A DNA stretch of 64,000 bases from Planctomycetota bacterium (GTDB lineage Bacteria; Planctomycetota; GCA-002687715; CAIWVZ01), in assembly GCA_044222185.1 (NCBI GenBank), contig JBGANV010000004.1, forward strand, positions 192,001-256,000, in the 5' to 3' direction. The position numbers and the translations under genes are program-made. Shown piece after piece: positions 1 through 8,843 of the stretch (position 1 is its first letter; each line of letters starts with the position of its first letter). The notes below the pieces were generated by a model, which saw nothing but the letters and a program-made list of their open reading frames with translations, was not told where the DNA came from and searched no databases.

Positions 1-2
1 AG

Positions 3-560
3 TCGGAAGCGATCCGCCGCGGACTGGCCAACGTCACGGTCCAGACGTGCGACATGAACGTGTTCGACCCGGGACGGACGTTCGACCGCATCGTGTCCAT
101 CGAGATGTTCGAGCACATGCGGAACTACGAGGTGCTGTTGTCGCGCATCGCTCGCTGGATGCGATCGCAGGCGACGCTCTTCATCCACGTGTTCTGTCAC
201 CGCACGGCCGCCTATCCGTTCGAGGTCGGCGGCGCCGCCGATTGGATGGCGCGCGAGTTCTTCACGGGCGGGCTGATGCCCAGCGCGGATTTCATCCCGC
301 GGTTTCGGGGCGAGCTCATCCACGAGGCGACGCATCTCGTCGGCGGTGAGCACTACCAGAAGACGGCCGAGGCGTGGCTTGCCAACACGGATGCCCGTGC
401 GGACGCGGCGCTCGCGGCGTTGTCGGATGGCGTGAAGCCTTCGGAGGCGGCGCTGCGACTGCAGCGACGGCGGATCTTCTACATGGCCTGCGCCGAGCTC
501 TTCGGCTTCGCCGGGGGCCGGGAGTGGCTCGTCGCGCACCACGTGTTTCGCAAGGCGTGA
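3..560 (+). CDS. Cyclopropane-fatty-acyl-phospholipid synthase-like SAM methyltransferase (5'-truncated by window edge)
   Basis: Frame is open from the window start. It contains FDRIVSIEMFEHM, FFTGGLMPS, HYQKTAEAW and CAELFG..GGREW, typical of the CFA/CMAS-like family. Confidence 0.85.
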   Translation, partial: SEAIRRGLANVTVQTCDMNVFDPGRTFDRIVSIEMFEHMRNYEVLLSRIARWMRSQATLFIHVFCHRTAAYPFEVGGAADWMAREFFTGGLMPSADFIPRFRGELIHEATHLVGGEHYQKTAEAWLANTDARADAALAALSDGVKPSEAALRLQRRRIFYMACAELFGFAGGREWLVAHHVFRKA

Positions 561-579
561 CGGGAGCGCAGCGGCGTGG

Positions 580-1830
580 TCACCATTCGATGCCGAGGCC
601 GCGCGCGACGTCGACGGCCGAGCGCAGGCCGTCCTCGTGGAAGCCGAACCCCAGATGGGCACCGGCGAACCAGGTGCGACGGCGTCCGTTCAGCGCGCGC
701 AGCGCTGCGCGGGCTGCTGCGGCGGCGGGAGTGCCCAACGGGTGTTCGAACGTCGTGCGATGGGCCACGTCGGCGTCTCCCAAGGGAGCCTCGGCGTTCA
801 GCGTGACCGACCACGGCGTGCGCGTCGGCAGCGACTGGAGGCGGGTCATGGCGTAGGTGATCGGGACGCCGACCTCGGGCGCGCGGCAGTCGCGGACGCG
901 GTAGTTCCACGAGGCCGCGGCTGCGGCGGATCGGGGAAGGAACGTGGGGTCGCGGTGGAGCACCAGCGGGTTCGTCGCGTACTCGAACGCGGCGAGAGCC
1001 GTCCGCTCCTCGGGCGCGGCGTCCTGCAGGAGCCGCAGGGTCATGTCCGCGTGCACGGCGAACACGACGGCATCGAACCGGAGGTGCTCGCCGGCGGCGG
1101 TCACGGTCACGCCGTCGTCGTCACGCCGGACGGCGGCCACGGGCGTCGCCGTGCGCACGCGCGGCCCCAGGATCCCGAGGAGTTTGCGGACGTAGGTTCG
1201 GCTCCCACCCGTGACGGTGCGCCACCGCGGTCGTCCGCCGAACGCGAGCAGCCCGTGGTTGTCGTAGAAGCGGAACAACTCGCCGATGGGAAACTCGCCG
1301 GTGCGACGGGCCGACGTCGACCAGATGGCGGCGGTCATCGGCGCGAGGAAGTGTCGTTCGAAGTCGTCACTCAGGGCCGCCCGGCGCCGCCACACGTCCA
1401 GCGGCATGGCCGCCATCGCCGGATCGTTCAGGGCCGCTCGCGCGCGCCGGAAGAAGCGGCGGAACCCCATCACGGTGCGCCAGAACGCAGGCTTCAGGAC
1501 GTTCGACGGTTTCGCGAGCAGCGCCCGGAGCGACGTCGTCGCGAACTCGATCTTGCAGCGCTCGCAAGCGACGCTGAACGACATGTCGGACGCTCGTGTC
1601 GGGACGTCGAGCTCGGCGAACAGCCGTGTGAGCAGCGGATAGGTGCGTTCGTTGTAGACGATGAACCCTACGTCGATGGGGATCGTGGTCTCGCCGTCGA
1701 CGACGTCGATCGTGCGTGCGTGACCGCCGGCCAGCGGCTCGCGCTCGAACACCGTGACGTCGTGACTGCGACGAAGGATGTAGGCCGCGCCGAGTCCCGA
1801 GATGCCGGCGCCGATCACCGCGATACGCAT
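580..1830 (-). CDS. FAD-dependent oxidoreductase (COG2907-type, usually found beside CFA synthases)
   Basis: N-terminal IAVIGAGISG dinucleotide motif, plus GGHART, DVGFIVYN..YP, SDMSFSV and C-terminal GFGFHEDG. Confidence 0.9.
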   Translation of the reverse strand: MRIAVIGAGISGLGAAYILRRSHDVTVFEREPLAGGHARTIDVVDGETTIPIDVGFIVYNERTYPLLTRLFAELDVPTRASDMSFSVACERCKIEFATTSLRALLAKPSNVLKPAFWRTVMGFRRFFRRARAALNDPAMAAMPLDVWRRRAALSDDFERHFLAPMTAAIWSTSARRTGEFPIGELFRFYDNHGLLAFGGRPRWRTVTGGSRTYVRKLLGILGPRVRTATPVAAVRRDDDGVTVTAAGEHLRFDAVVFAVHADMTLRLLQDAAPEERTALAAFEYATNPLVLHRDPTFLPRSAAAAASWNYRVRDCRAPEVGVPITYAMTRLQSLPTRTPWSVTLNAEAPLGDADVAHRTTFEHPLGTPAAAAARAALRALNGRRRTWFAGAHLGFGFHEDGLRSAVDVARGLGIEW

Positions 1831-1944
1831 GGCGCGAGCGTAGCAGCCCGTTGATCGAGTGTCGCCGTCACGCGCGGTGCGAAGGTCGGCGGTGACGCGC
1901 CGCAGGCTTCTCGTTCCGCCGGACGGGCGTTATGAAGCGCGACG

Positions 1945-2487
1945 ATGCTGCAACCCGGCGACTTCGCTCCCGACGTCTCGGTCCTCACGGTCGATGGAGC
2001 TTCCGCGACACTCGCTTCGTTCCGAACGGGCCCCGTCACGATCTTCGAGTTCGTGCGTCACCTGGGTTGAATCTTCTGCCGCGAACAGCTCGGTGAGCTG
2101 AAGTCCAGGAAGGCCGCGTTCGACGAGCGCGGTGCGACGATCGTCGTCGTCTCCCTCGCGAGCCCTTCGGCGACGAAGGCGTTCGCGACGACGCAGGAGC
2201 TGCCGTTCACCTGCGTCTCGTCTGCGGACGGTGCGGCGCATCGCGCGTTCGGCCTTCGCAAGGGCCGGTTGTGCGAGCTCCTCGGGTGGTCCGTGATTCG
2301 GGCCGGCATCCGCTCGTTCTTCGCCGGCCATCGCGCCGGCCTGCCCGCGGGCGACATGACGATTCTCCCGGGCACGTTCGCCGTCGACGGGGCCGGGCGA
2401 GTGGTCTTCGTGCACTACGGCCGCACCAGCGCTGACCATTTGCGCGCAGATGCGTCGCTCGCGCGGCTCGACGCCGTGCGGCGATAG
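1945..2487 (+). CDS. Selenocysteine-containing peroxiredoxin-like (AhpC/TSA, SelL/PRXL2-related) redoxin with UxxC motif
   Basis: ATG1945 reads MLQPGDFAPDVSVLTVDG...FVRHLG-TGA(2068-2070)-IFCREQL... and continues in frame into the 2269-2487 ORF (PGTFAVDGAGRVVFVHYG). The TGA occupies the first Cys position of the CxxC motif. Confidence 0.85.
2071..2112 (+). promoter_or_regulatory. Putative bacterial SECIS element
   Basis: Hairpin CAGCTC(2086-2091)-GGT-GAGCTG(2095-2100) with a G-containing apical loop about 21 nt after the UGA. A lower stem TTCTG/CAGGA is possible. Confidence 0.65.
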
Positions 2488-2646
2488 ACGCGCGGTATGT
2501 CTCGGTCCGGGCTCCGTTCGTCGCGCGGCGACTCGCGCACGGTGACGCGCGTTGACTCGACCACGGGGCCGCCGAGTACACTGTGGCCGCGCCCAGGCGA
2601 ACGCGCGGTTCGCACGTCCCCCGACCTTCGAAAGCAGGGTTCGACC

Positions 2647-3150
2647 ATGGTCACCAATCGATCGAGTGGTTTCATTCTCGTCGCGTTGCTCGTCACGTCC
2701 GTGGCGGCGGCGCAGTTTCCCATCGGGGCCGTCGGGTTCAGTTGGAGCGGCACGACGACTCCCAGCGCCGGGAACTTCTGTTGGGGTTTCAGCTGCGCGC
2801 CCGATTCCGTCACGGTGGCCGTCGGCGAGACCGTCACGATTCGCGTGCGTGGCGATTACCAGCAGCCTTACGCGATAGGTTTCTCCACTTCGGCCACACG
2901 CTGCATCACGATCCCCGGCGTGCTCCACAACCTCATTCTCGATGATCCGATCACGGTCGTGTGGACCGGCTTCCTCGTCGTGGGCAGTCCGATCCTCGCG
3001 TGCCCGTCGGGGACGGACGCGGTGACCGTCGTCATCCCGCCGTTCTTCCCGTCCGGGACGACGTTCGCGCTTCAGGCCGTGGCCGGCACGCTCGGGCCGG
3101 CCGGAAGTCAGCTTTCGTTCACGTCCGCACTTGCCGTGACCGTCAGCTGA
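2647..3150 (+). CDS. Secreted hypothetical protein, essentially a standalone copy of the shared C-terminal domain
   Basis: Signal peptide ending ...VAAAQ. C-terminus VIPPFFPSGTTFALQAV...FTSALAVTVS. Confidence 0.7.
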   Translation: MVTNRSSGFILVALLVTSVAAAQFPIGAVGFSWSGTTTPSAGNFCWGFSCAPDSVTVAVGETVTIRVRGDYQQPYAIGFSTSATRCITIPGVLHNLILDDPITVVWTGFLVVGSPILACPSGTDAVTVVIPPFFPSGTTFALQAVAGTLGPAGSQLSFTSALAVTVS

Positions 3151-3168
3151 GGCGTGCTTCGCGGGCGT

Positions 3169-4632
3169 TCACGGGGTGCGACCCGTGAGCGCCATCGCCT
3201 CGGTGTCGATCCACGTGTTCCAGGCTGCCTGCAATTCGTCCAGGCCCATGCCGAAGGCCTCTCGCGACACGGCGTCGATGGCTGCCGGCAGGTTCGCGCG
3301 TGCCGTGCCTGCCTTCGCCAGGAACCGCGTGAAGCTCGGCGCGAAACGCGGGTCCTCACGCAGGAACGTGATGATCAGCGCGCTCTGCATGCGTGCGTCG
3401 AGATGATCTGGGCCCGTCGTCTTGCGCCATGGGTGGCGGTCGTCGTCGAGTGCCCACTGACTCAGATCGTCGAATCCGATCCCGTTCATGACGCTCGCGA
3501 ACGAAGCGCGGCGGCCGCGCGCGGCGACCTCGGCGCACGTGTGCAGGTGCGCGCGCGACAGCTGGACGTAGTCCGCGACACCCTCCTGCAGCCACTTGCC
3601 GCCGCCGGGGATGAACAGCCGGTTCTCGAAGATCTCGTGCGTCGCTTCGTGAACGAGGATCGGATCCTCCGGACCGCGATACCACGTCACGAACGTGTCG
3701 CCGCCCTGGTGCCCGAGCCGAACGTCGGACGGCCGGCACCGGTCGTACTCCGCCTCGCTCTTGAAGAGGATCAGCGGCATGAGCCGCCGCTCGCGCGCTT
3801 CGGTGAACGGAAACGCCTCGCGCACCTTCTCGTGATTGCGCTCGAGGCGGCGCAGCAGCGAAGCGCCGGCGTCGATCGTCGAGAGGACGATGTAGTGTTG
3901 GGTACGCGTGATCTGCTTCAGCACGGGTAGCTCGTCACCCTCGTAGGCGAAGGACTTCACGTACGAATCGAAGCGCGCCTTGGCCTCGGCGTCCGTCCAG
4001 CGCTCGTCCCGCAGGGCCCCGACGTGGTGAATCCCGTGCTGGAACAGGTCCAGGACGCGCGCTTCGACGTCCGGCGAAGCAGCCGGCGCGCTGAGGACCT
4101 GAAGGATCCAACCGCGCGACGCCGCGATTCCGGCAAGCACGTAGAGCCGGCCCTGGTCGGCGCCGGTCGCGAGCTTCGTGAGTCGGCCCTGCGCATACCC
4201 GGCGAGTGGTGTTCCGCCGTAGTCGCCTCGCCAGGTCTCGATGTCACCGATGCGTGCGACGAGTCCGCGATGCGTGAACGCATCGCGCAACTCCTCCGCG
4301 CAGGGTTCGCTCGACTGATGCGAGCAGAATGCGACCGCCGGCGTTCGGACGCTCGTCTTCAGCAGCCACAACAGCGACTCCGGTTCGGAGATCAGGAAGT
4401 CGTTCACGGGAACGATCTGGAGGAGAAACTCCACTTCCGAACCGAGAAGCTCGCCGCGCCACGAACGCGACTTGATGCGCCCGCCGCCGTCCGAGGTGAC
4501 GGCGTTGGTGAGAGGCGGGAGCGCCAGTGTGAGCGAGTGACCGGTCTCGACAGGCACGGTCTCCACGCCCTGCGCTGCGACGAGCGGGAGGATGAGAAGG
4601 ACGGCCGCAAGCACCTTGTTGGTCGGGAACAT
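3169..4632 (-). CDS. Secreted zincin-like (peptidase MA/DUF1570-like) protein
   Basis: Signal peptide. HEATH followed by WLQEGVADYV gives the gluzincin HExxH...E pattern. Confidence 0.65.
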   Translation of the reverse strand: MFPTNKVLAAVLLILPLVAAQGVETVPVETGHSLTLALPPLTNAVTSDGGGRIKSRSWRGELLGSEVEFLLQIVPVNDFLISEPESLLWLLKTSVRTPAVAFCSHQSSEPCAEELRDAFTHRGLVARIGDIETWRGDYGGTPLAGYAQGRLTKLATGADQGRLYVLAGIAASRGWILQVLSAPAASPDVEARVLDLFQHGIHHVGALRDERWTDAEAKARFDSYVKSFAYEGDELPVLKQITRTQHYIVLSTIDAGASLLRRLERNHEKVREAFPFTEARERRLMPLILFKSEAEYDRCRPSDVRLGHQGGDTFVTWYRGPEDPILVHEATHEIFENRLFIPGGGKWLQEGVADYVQLSRAHLHTCAEVAARGRRASFASVMNGIGFDDLSQWALDDDRHPWRKTTGPDHLDARMQSALIITFLREDPRFAPSFTRFLAKAGTARANLPAAIDAVSREAFGMGLDELQAAWNTWIDTEAMALTGRTP

Positions 4633-4861
4633 GCCCTTCCCATCGCAAGTGCGGGGCCCAATGCCCGGTCACCCCGGCTGACGACCCGTCGATCGATCCG
4701 AAGTCCATCGGCGCCAATGGTCTGCGGTGGACGAGAAGCCGGGAACCCGGCCCCGGTTGACGCGGCCACGAACGCTACGTGTGAGTAACGCGTGCCGGTC
4801 CGGAACGCTGAGAACGCGTCCATCGCGCAGCGGGGCAAGGCGCGCTATCTCATGGCCCATC

Positions 4862-5560
4862 ATGTTCACCTTCCGCCTCGCTTCCGATCGTGGCCATGCC
4901 AACCATGGGTGGCTGGATACCTGGCACTCGTTCTCCTTCGCGAACTACTTCGACCCCGAGCACATGGGGTTCCGCGTGCTCCGCGTGATCAACGAGGATC
5001 GCGTCGCGGCGGAGAAGGGGTTCGGGATGCATCCGCACCGCGACATGGAGATCGTCACCTACGTGCTCAGCGGCAAGCTCGAGCACCGCGACAGCATGGG
5101 GAACGGCGAGGTGATCCAGGCTGGCGAGGTGCAGCAGATGACCGCGGGCACGGGAGTCATGCACAGCGAGTTCAACCCGAGCACGACGGAAGCCGTTCAC
5201 CTCTATCAGATCTGGCTTCTGCCGGATCAGCGCGGACGTGAGCCGCGGTACGCCCAGCGATCGTTCCCCAAGGCGGACCGCGCCGGACGGTGGCAGCTGA
5301 TCGTCTCCCCGGACGGCCGAGGCGGATCGCTCCCGATTCACCAGGATGCGACGATCGAACTGGCCGAGCTCGCGGCCGGCGCCAAACTGGCGCGGCCGTT
5401 CGCCACTGGCCGTCACGGCTGGTTGCAGGTGCTGCGTGGGTCGCTCGAGGCGGCCGGTCGCACGCTTTCGGCAGGGGACGCCGTCGCCATCTCCACCGAA
5501 CCGTCGATCACGCTCGTCGCGAAGGACGCCGCCGAGGTCATGATGTTCGACCTGCCGTGA
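4862..5560 (+). CDS. Pirin family protein (YhhW-like)
   Basis: RGHANHGWLDTWHSFSF, GFGMHPHRDMEIVTYV and MTAGTGVMHSE motifs. Confidence 0.95.
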   Translation: MFTFRLASDRGHANHGWLDTWHSFSFANYFDPEHMGFRVLRVINEDRVAAEKGFGMHPHRDMEIVTYVLSGKLEHRDSMGNGEVIQAGEVQQMTAGTGVMHSEFNPSTTEAVHLYQIWLLPDQRGREPRYAQRSFPKADRAGRWQLIVSPDGRGGSLPIHQDATIELAELAAGAKLARPFATGRHGWLQVLRGSLEAAGRTLSAGDAVAISTEPSITLVAKDAAEVMMFDLP

Positions 5561-5582
5561 GGCGGCGCGGACGCGAGCCGTT

Positions 5583-6821
5583 TCAGAACGGCTGGAACTC
5601 GATCAGGATCGCGCTCGACATGAGGCCGACTCCGCTCGGCGTCGACGGGTCGAGCGAGGCTCCCGCGACGTAGAGCTGCAAGCCGGACAGGGCGCCGACG
5701 GGGTCACCGGCAAATCCGAATGCGGTGCCGTCCGGGCCCAACGTCCCGAGGAATCCTCCGGTGAACGGCGGGATGTCCGTGGCGAGCGTCGTCGTGAAGA
5801 CGAAGTCGGGATCGAGCGGGACGAACAGCGAGCCCACGTTGAAGCCCGTGTTGCCGAGCGACGCGGCAAGCACGTAGGGCGCTCCCGGCCGTGCGCCGTC
5901 GCGGAAATTCAGCGACATCGACGACGTGATCGCCGCGTACCCGCTGTGCCAGAGCCCGTTGAAGCGCGTGGAGAGGATTTCCTGGCTGCCTTGCGCGGTC
6001 GTGTAGCCCGCGGCGACGTACATCTCCAACCCGTCCGACGACGGCGCCGCGCCGTAGACGCCGAGCGATGGTCCGACGGTGTCGAATTCGGGCAAGTGCA
6101 CGGAGCTCGTGAACGGAGCACTGCGATTCACGCGCGTCGCGCGAAACACCTGGATCCGGCTCACGGGCGAGGGGAGGAACTCGGTGTAGGTCAGCGTCAG
6201 GCCGTCGGCCGAGACGTGAACGTCGCGGTGCGTGTTCGCGTTGGCGAGGCCGGTGACGATGGTCGGCGTGCCGAACGGAACGCTCGTGTTTGGTCGCGTG
6301 GCAACCGCGATCGCGTTGTTGGGCGTCGCAGGTGCGCCCCAGCCCGTCGTGAGCATGTAGATCTCGAGTTCGTCGCCCGTGATCGACGGAGACGATTCGC
6401 TTCCGGAGGAGTTCAGCTCCGTGACGAACGTCGGCGTGCCCCAGGGTGCCGCCGTCGACGGTCGCGTCGACTTCATCACGTCGAAGCCGCCCACGCCTCC
6501 CGCTCGGTTGCTCGCGAGGTAGATCTCCAGTCCGCTCGTCGTGATGAACGGGTTGTCGTCCGTCGCGCTGCCGCCGAGGGCCGCTTCGAGAACGGGTGTG
6601 GTCCAAGGCGACGTGCGCGACGCGCGCGTCGCCGAGTAGATCTCCCAGTTCGAGCTTCGGAACGACGCGAAGTACAGCGTCAGGTCGTCGGCGGAAAGCT
6701 GCGGCGACGTGTCGGCGGCAGTGCTGTTGACGGCCGTTTCGAGAACAGGCACGGACCAGACGCTCTGCGCTGAAGCAACGCAGGCGAACAGGGCGAGACA
6801 GAGGACGAGCGATGAACGCAT
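5583..6821 (-). CDS. Secreted PD40/WD40-like beta-propeller protein with shared C-terminal domain
   Basis: Signal peptide. Repeated NS...D..P.LS.D.L.LYFAS units. Confidence 0.75.
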   Translation of the reverse strand: MRSSLVLCLALFACVASAQSVWSVPVLETAVNSTAADTSPQLSADDLTLYFASFRSSNWEIYSATRASRTSPWTTPVLEAALGGSATDDNPFITTSGLEIYLASNRAGGVGGFDVMKSTRPSTAAPWGTPTFVTELNSSGSESSPSITGDELEIYMLTTGWGAPATPNNAIAVATRPNTSVPFGTPTIVTGLANANTHRDVHVSADGLTLTYTEFLPSPVSRIQVFRATRVNRSAPFTSSVHLPEFDTVGPSLGVYGAAPSSDGLEMYVAAGYTTAQGSQEILSTRFNGLWHSGYAAITSSMSLNFRDGARPGAPYVLAASLGNTGFNVGSLFVPLDPDFVFTTTLATDIPPFTGGFLGTLGPDGTAFGFAGDPVGALSGLQLYVAGASLDPSTPSGVGLMSSAILIEFQPF

Positions 6822-6912
6822 GCTGGCGGCTCCTGTTTGTTCGAGCGGTTGGGCGAAGCCGCCAGGATAGAGTTCGCGCCGTGGCCGGGCAAATCGGCGC
6901 GGCGGCGCGACG

Positions 6913-8751
6913 TCAGCGGAGACGGTCCGGTCGAGTCTCTCGTTCCGGATTGTTCGGAGTCTGGGTCGCTGGCTGACCGAGTTTCTTGATTTCGGCGTGG
7001 TTCAGCAGGAACTCGCGCCGCTTGTCGGCAAAGACGCGCAGGCTGGCCGTCATTCGGCGCGCGCCGGCGCGTGCTTCCCCCTTGGGCTCGGCGGGCGGCG
7101 CATCGGCGACCGCGGCGACGAACGCTTCGTACGTCGACAGCTTGCGCGTATCGGCCTTCACCTCCGCATCGATCAGCTCGCGGTACTTCGCGACCACCGG
7201 GCCGAGCGTCTTCCAGTCGAGCCACGTGGAGGCGATGTCGCGGACGTAGCGCAGGTAGCGCTCGCGGAGCGCTGGCACGGCGAGCAGCCTGCTTCGAAGC
7301 GGCTTCCCCGCATCCTTGGCGCCGACGAGCGGATCGAGCGTGACGCCACCCGCGCCTCCGGGGCCTCGCCCCATGCCACGCCGGCCGCCCTCGCCGCGCT
7401 GCGGCTGACCGCCGTCGGAGGGACGCGGAGGTTGCATGCCCTCGCCGCCCGGAGGTGTGCCGCCCGGTGCCGGCGCTCCGTCGTCACCCGGGCCCATTCC
7501 TGGTGGCGGGCGCATGCCCCCCATGCCGCCCGGTGGCCCGAATCCGCCGCCACTGGTGAAGACTTCATTCATGTCGTGCGGCAGGATGTGGAACTTCCCG
7601 TCCGCGCCTTCGAAGATGCTGTAGTCGCTGGCGCGGACCCAATACCCGTCCCCGTTCACGCACACGACCTCGAGCGCGAGGAACTTCAGGGCGCCATCGA
7701 TGTCGAAGATCGGCGTCAACGCCTCCTCGAGTTTGTCGAGCGGCGTCTCCGTGAGGACCTTGCACAGCCGAATGAGGTCCTTCCATGCCTTCGGATGGTC
7801 GTCCGATTTGATCTCGTAGCGGGCCTTGTAGTCCTCGACCTTCTCGCCGACGTAATCCAGGCCGCCCGCACCGCGCGGGCTGCCGGGGACCTTCCAGCGC
7901 GCGCCCTTCTGCCCCGCGAAGTTCTCCGCGATGAACGTCCGGTCGAACTGCTGCGCGCTCGTGTACACGCCCCAGCTTTCGCCGTTGATCACGACGCGCA
8001 CGAAGTTGGCCTTGGGAGCGGGGAGGTACTGACGGGCGATGTGCGAGTACAGCACCGTGTGGAGGAACGAGGCGTCCTCGTGCGCGTTCAAGAGGTTCAG
8101 GCTCTTGTAGCCGAGCAGGCGTTGCTTGGGGTCGCCATGGTCGAGCGACACGTCGAGCGAACGCTTGTGACCTGCGCTGACCATGAAGAGCGATGACGCG
8201 CCGCGGAAGTGCACGCCGACGTTCGGATACTTCTTGCCGTCGACGGTGAGAGTCGCCGGCACGTCCACGTCCGTGTGGATGAAGTCTCCGAGTTCGGCCT
8301 CCCACTCGGGGTTCTCGAAATCGAGGAAGATCGTTCGCAGGGCGGATTCGTCGTAGAGCGACACGGAGGCGGCGACTGGCTTCACGTCCGAAACGGCGAC
8401 CTTCGGGCCCGGCTTCGCCTCTGGCTCATCGGCCCCGAATCCGCCGGGAGGGCCGAACCCGCGTCGACCGCCGCGCTGTGTGCGCTCCGATTTGATGGAC
8501 TCGCGCGCGGCCTTGCGCTCCTCCGCGTTGAGCTTGCCGTCGCCGTCCTTGTCGAAGGTCGCGACGAGCTTGCGATCCTGTCCCATGGGGCCGCCCGGCC
8601 CTCCGGGTCCGCCCATCCCGGGTCGCCCCATCCCGCCTGGGGGTCCGAAGCCCTCTGGACCGCCAGGTGGGTCCTGTGCAATCACCGACAGGCCGAGAGC
8701 GAGGACGGAGAGGACGATGCGCCAGGAGTTCGGAGTGATGGGGCAGTGCAT
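6913..8751 (-). CDS. CotH kinase family protein with EF-hand-like motif and Gly/Pro-rich linkers
   Basis: VGVHFRGASS, KRSL, LNLLN, NGDGY and ILPHDMNE motifs. DKDGDGKLNAEE EF-hand-like loop. Signal peptide. Confidence 0.85.
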   Translation of the reverse strand: MHCPITPNSWRIVLSVLALGLSVIAQDPPGGPEGFGPPGGMGRPGMGGPGGPGGPMGQDRKLVATFDKDGDGKLNAEERKAARESIKSERTQRGGRRGFGPPGGFGADEPEAKPGPKVAVSDVKPVAASVSLYDESALRTIFLDFENPEWEAELGDFIHTDVDVPATLTVDGKKYPNVGVHFRGASSLFMVSAGHKRSLDVSLDHGDPKQRLLGYKSLNLLNAHEDASFLHTVLYSHIARQYLPAPKANFVRVVINGESWGVYTSAQQFDRTFIAENFAGQKGARWKVPGSPRGAGGLDYVGEKVEDYKARYEIKSDDHPKAWKDLIRLCKVLTETPLDKLEEALTPIFDIDGALKFLALEVVCVNGDGYWVRASDYSIFEGADGKFHILPHDMNEVFTSGGGFGPPGGMGGMRPPPGMGPGDDGAPAPGGTPPGGEGMQPPRPSDGGQPQRGEGGRRGMGRGPGGAGGVTLDPLVGAKDAGKPLRSRLLAVPALRERYLRYVRDIASTWLDWKTLGPVVAKYRELIDAEVKADTRKLSTYEAFVAAVADAPPAEPKGEARAGARRMTASLRVFADKRREFLLNHAEIKKLGQPATQTPNNPERETRPDRLR

Positions 8752-8843
8752 GCGGGTTCTCAACGGTTCATGATGCGAACACTTTCGCGCGTTCCAGGTT
8801 CCGAGGGGCGCGGCTGGCGGGCCTTACGGCCTACCGATCTCGT

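Noticed and set aside
2068-2070. Nonsense mutation (pseudogene) or genome-wide TGA recoding
   Set aside because: The TGA falls exactly on the catalytic Cys position and has a downstream hairpin. TGA is the normal stop codon for most other genes here.
7370-8680. GPPGG/PGG nucleotide repeats within the CotH gene
   Set aside because: They are explained by Gly/Pro-rich protein linkers and are not an independent DNA repeat.
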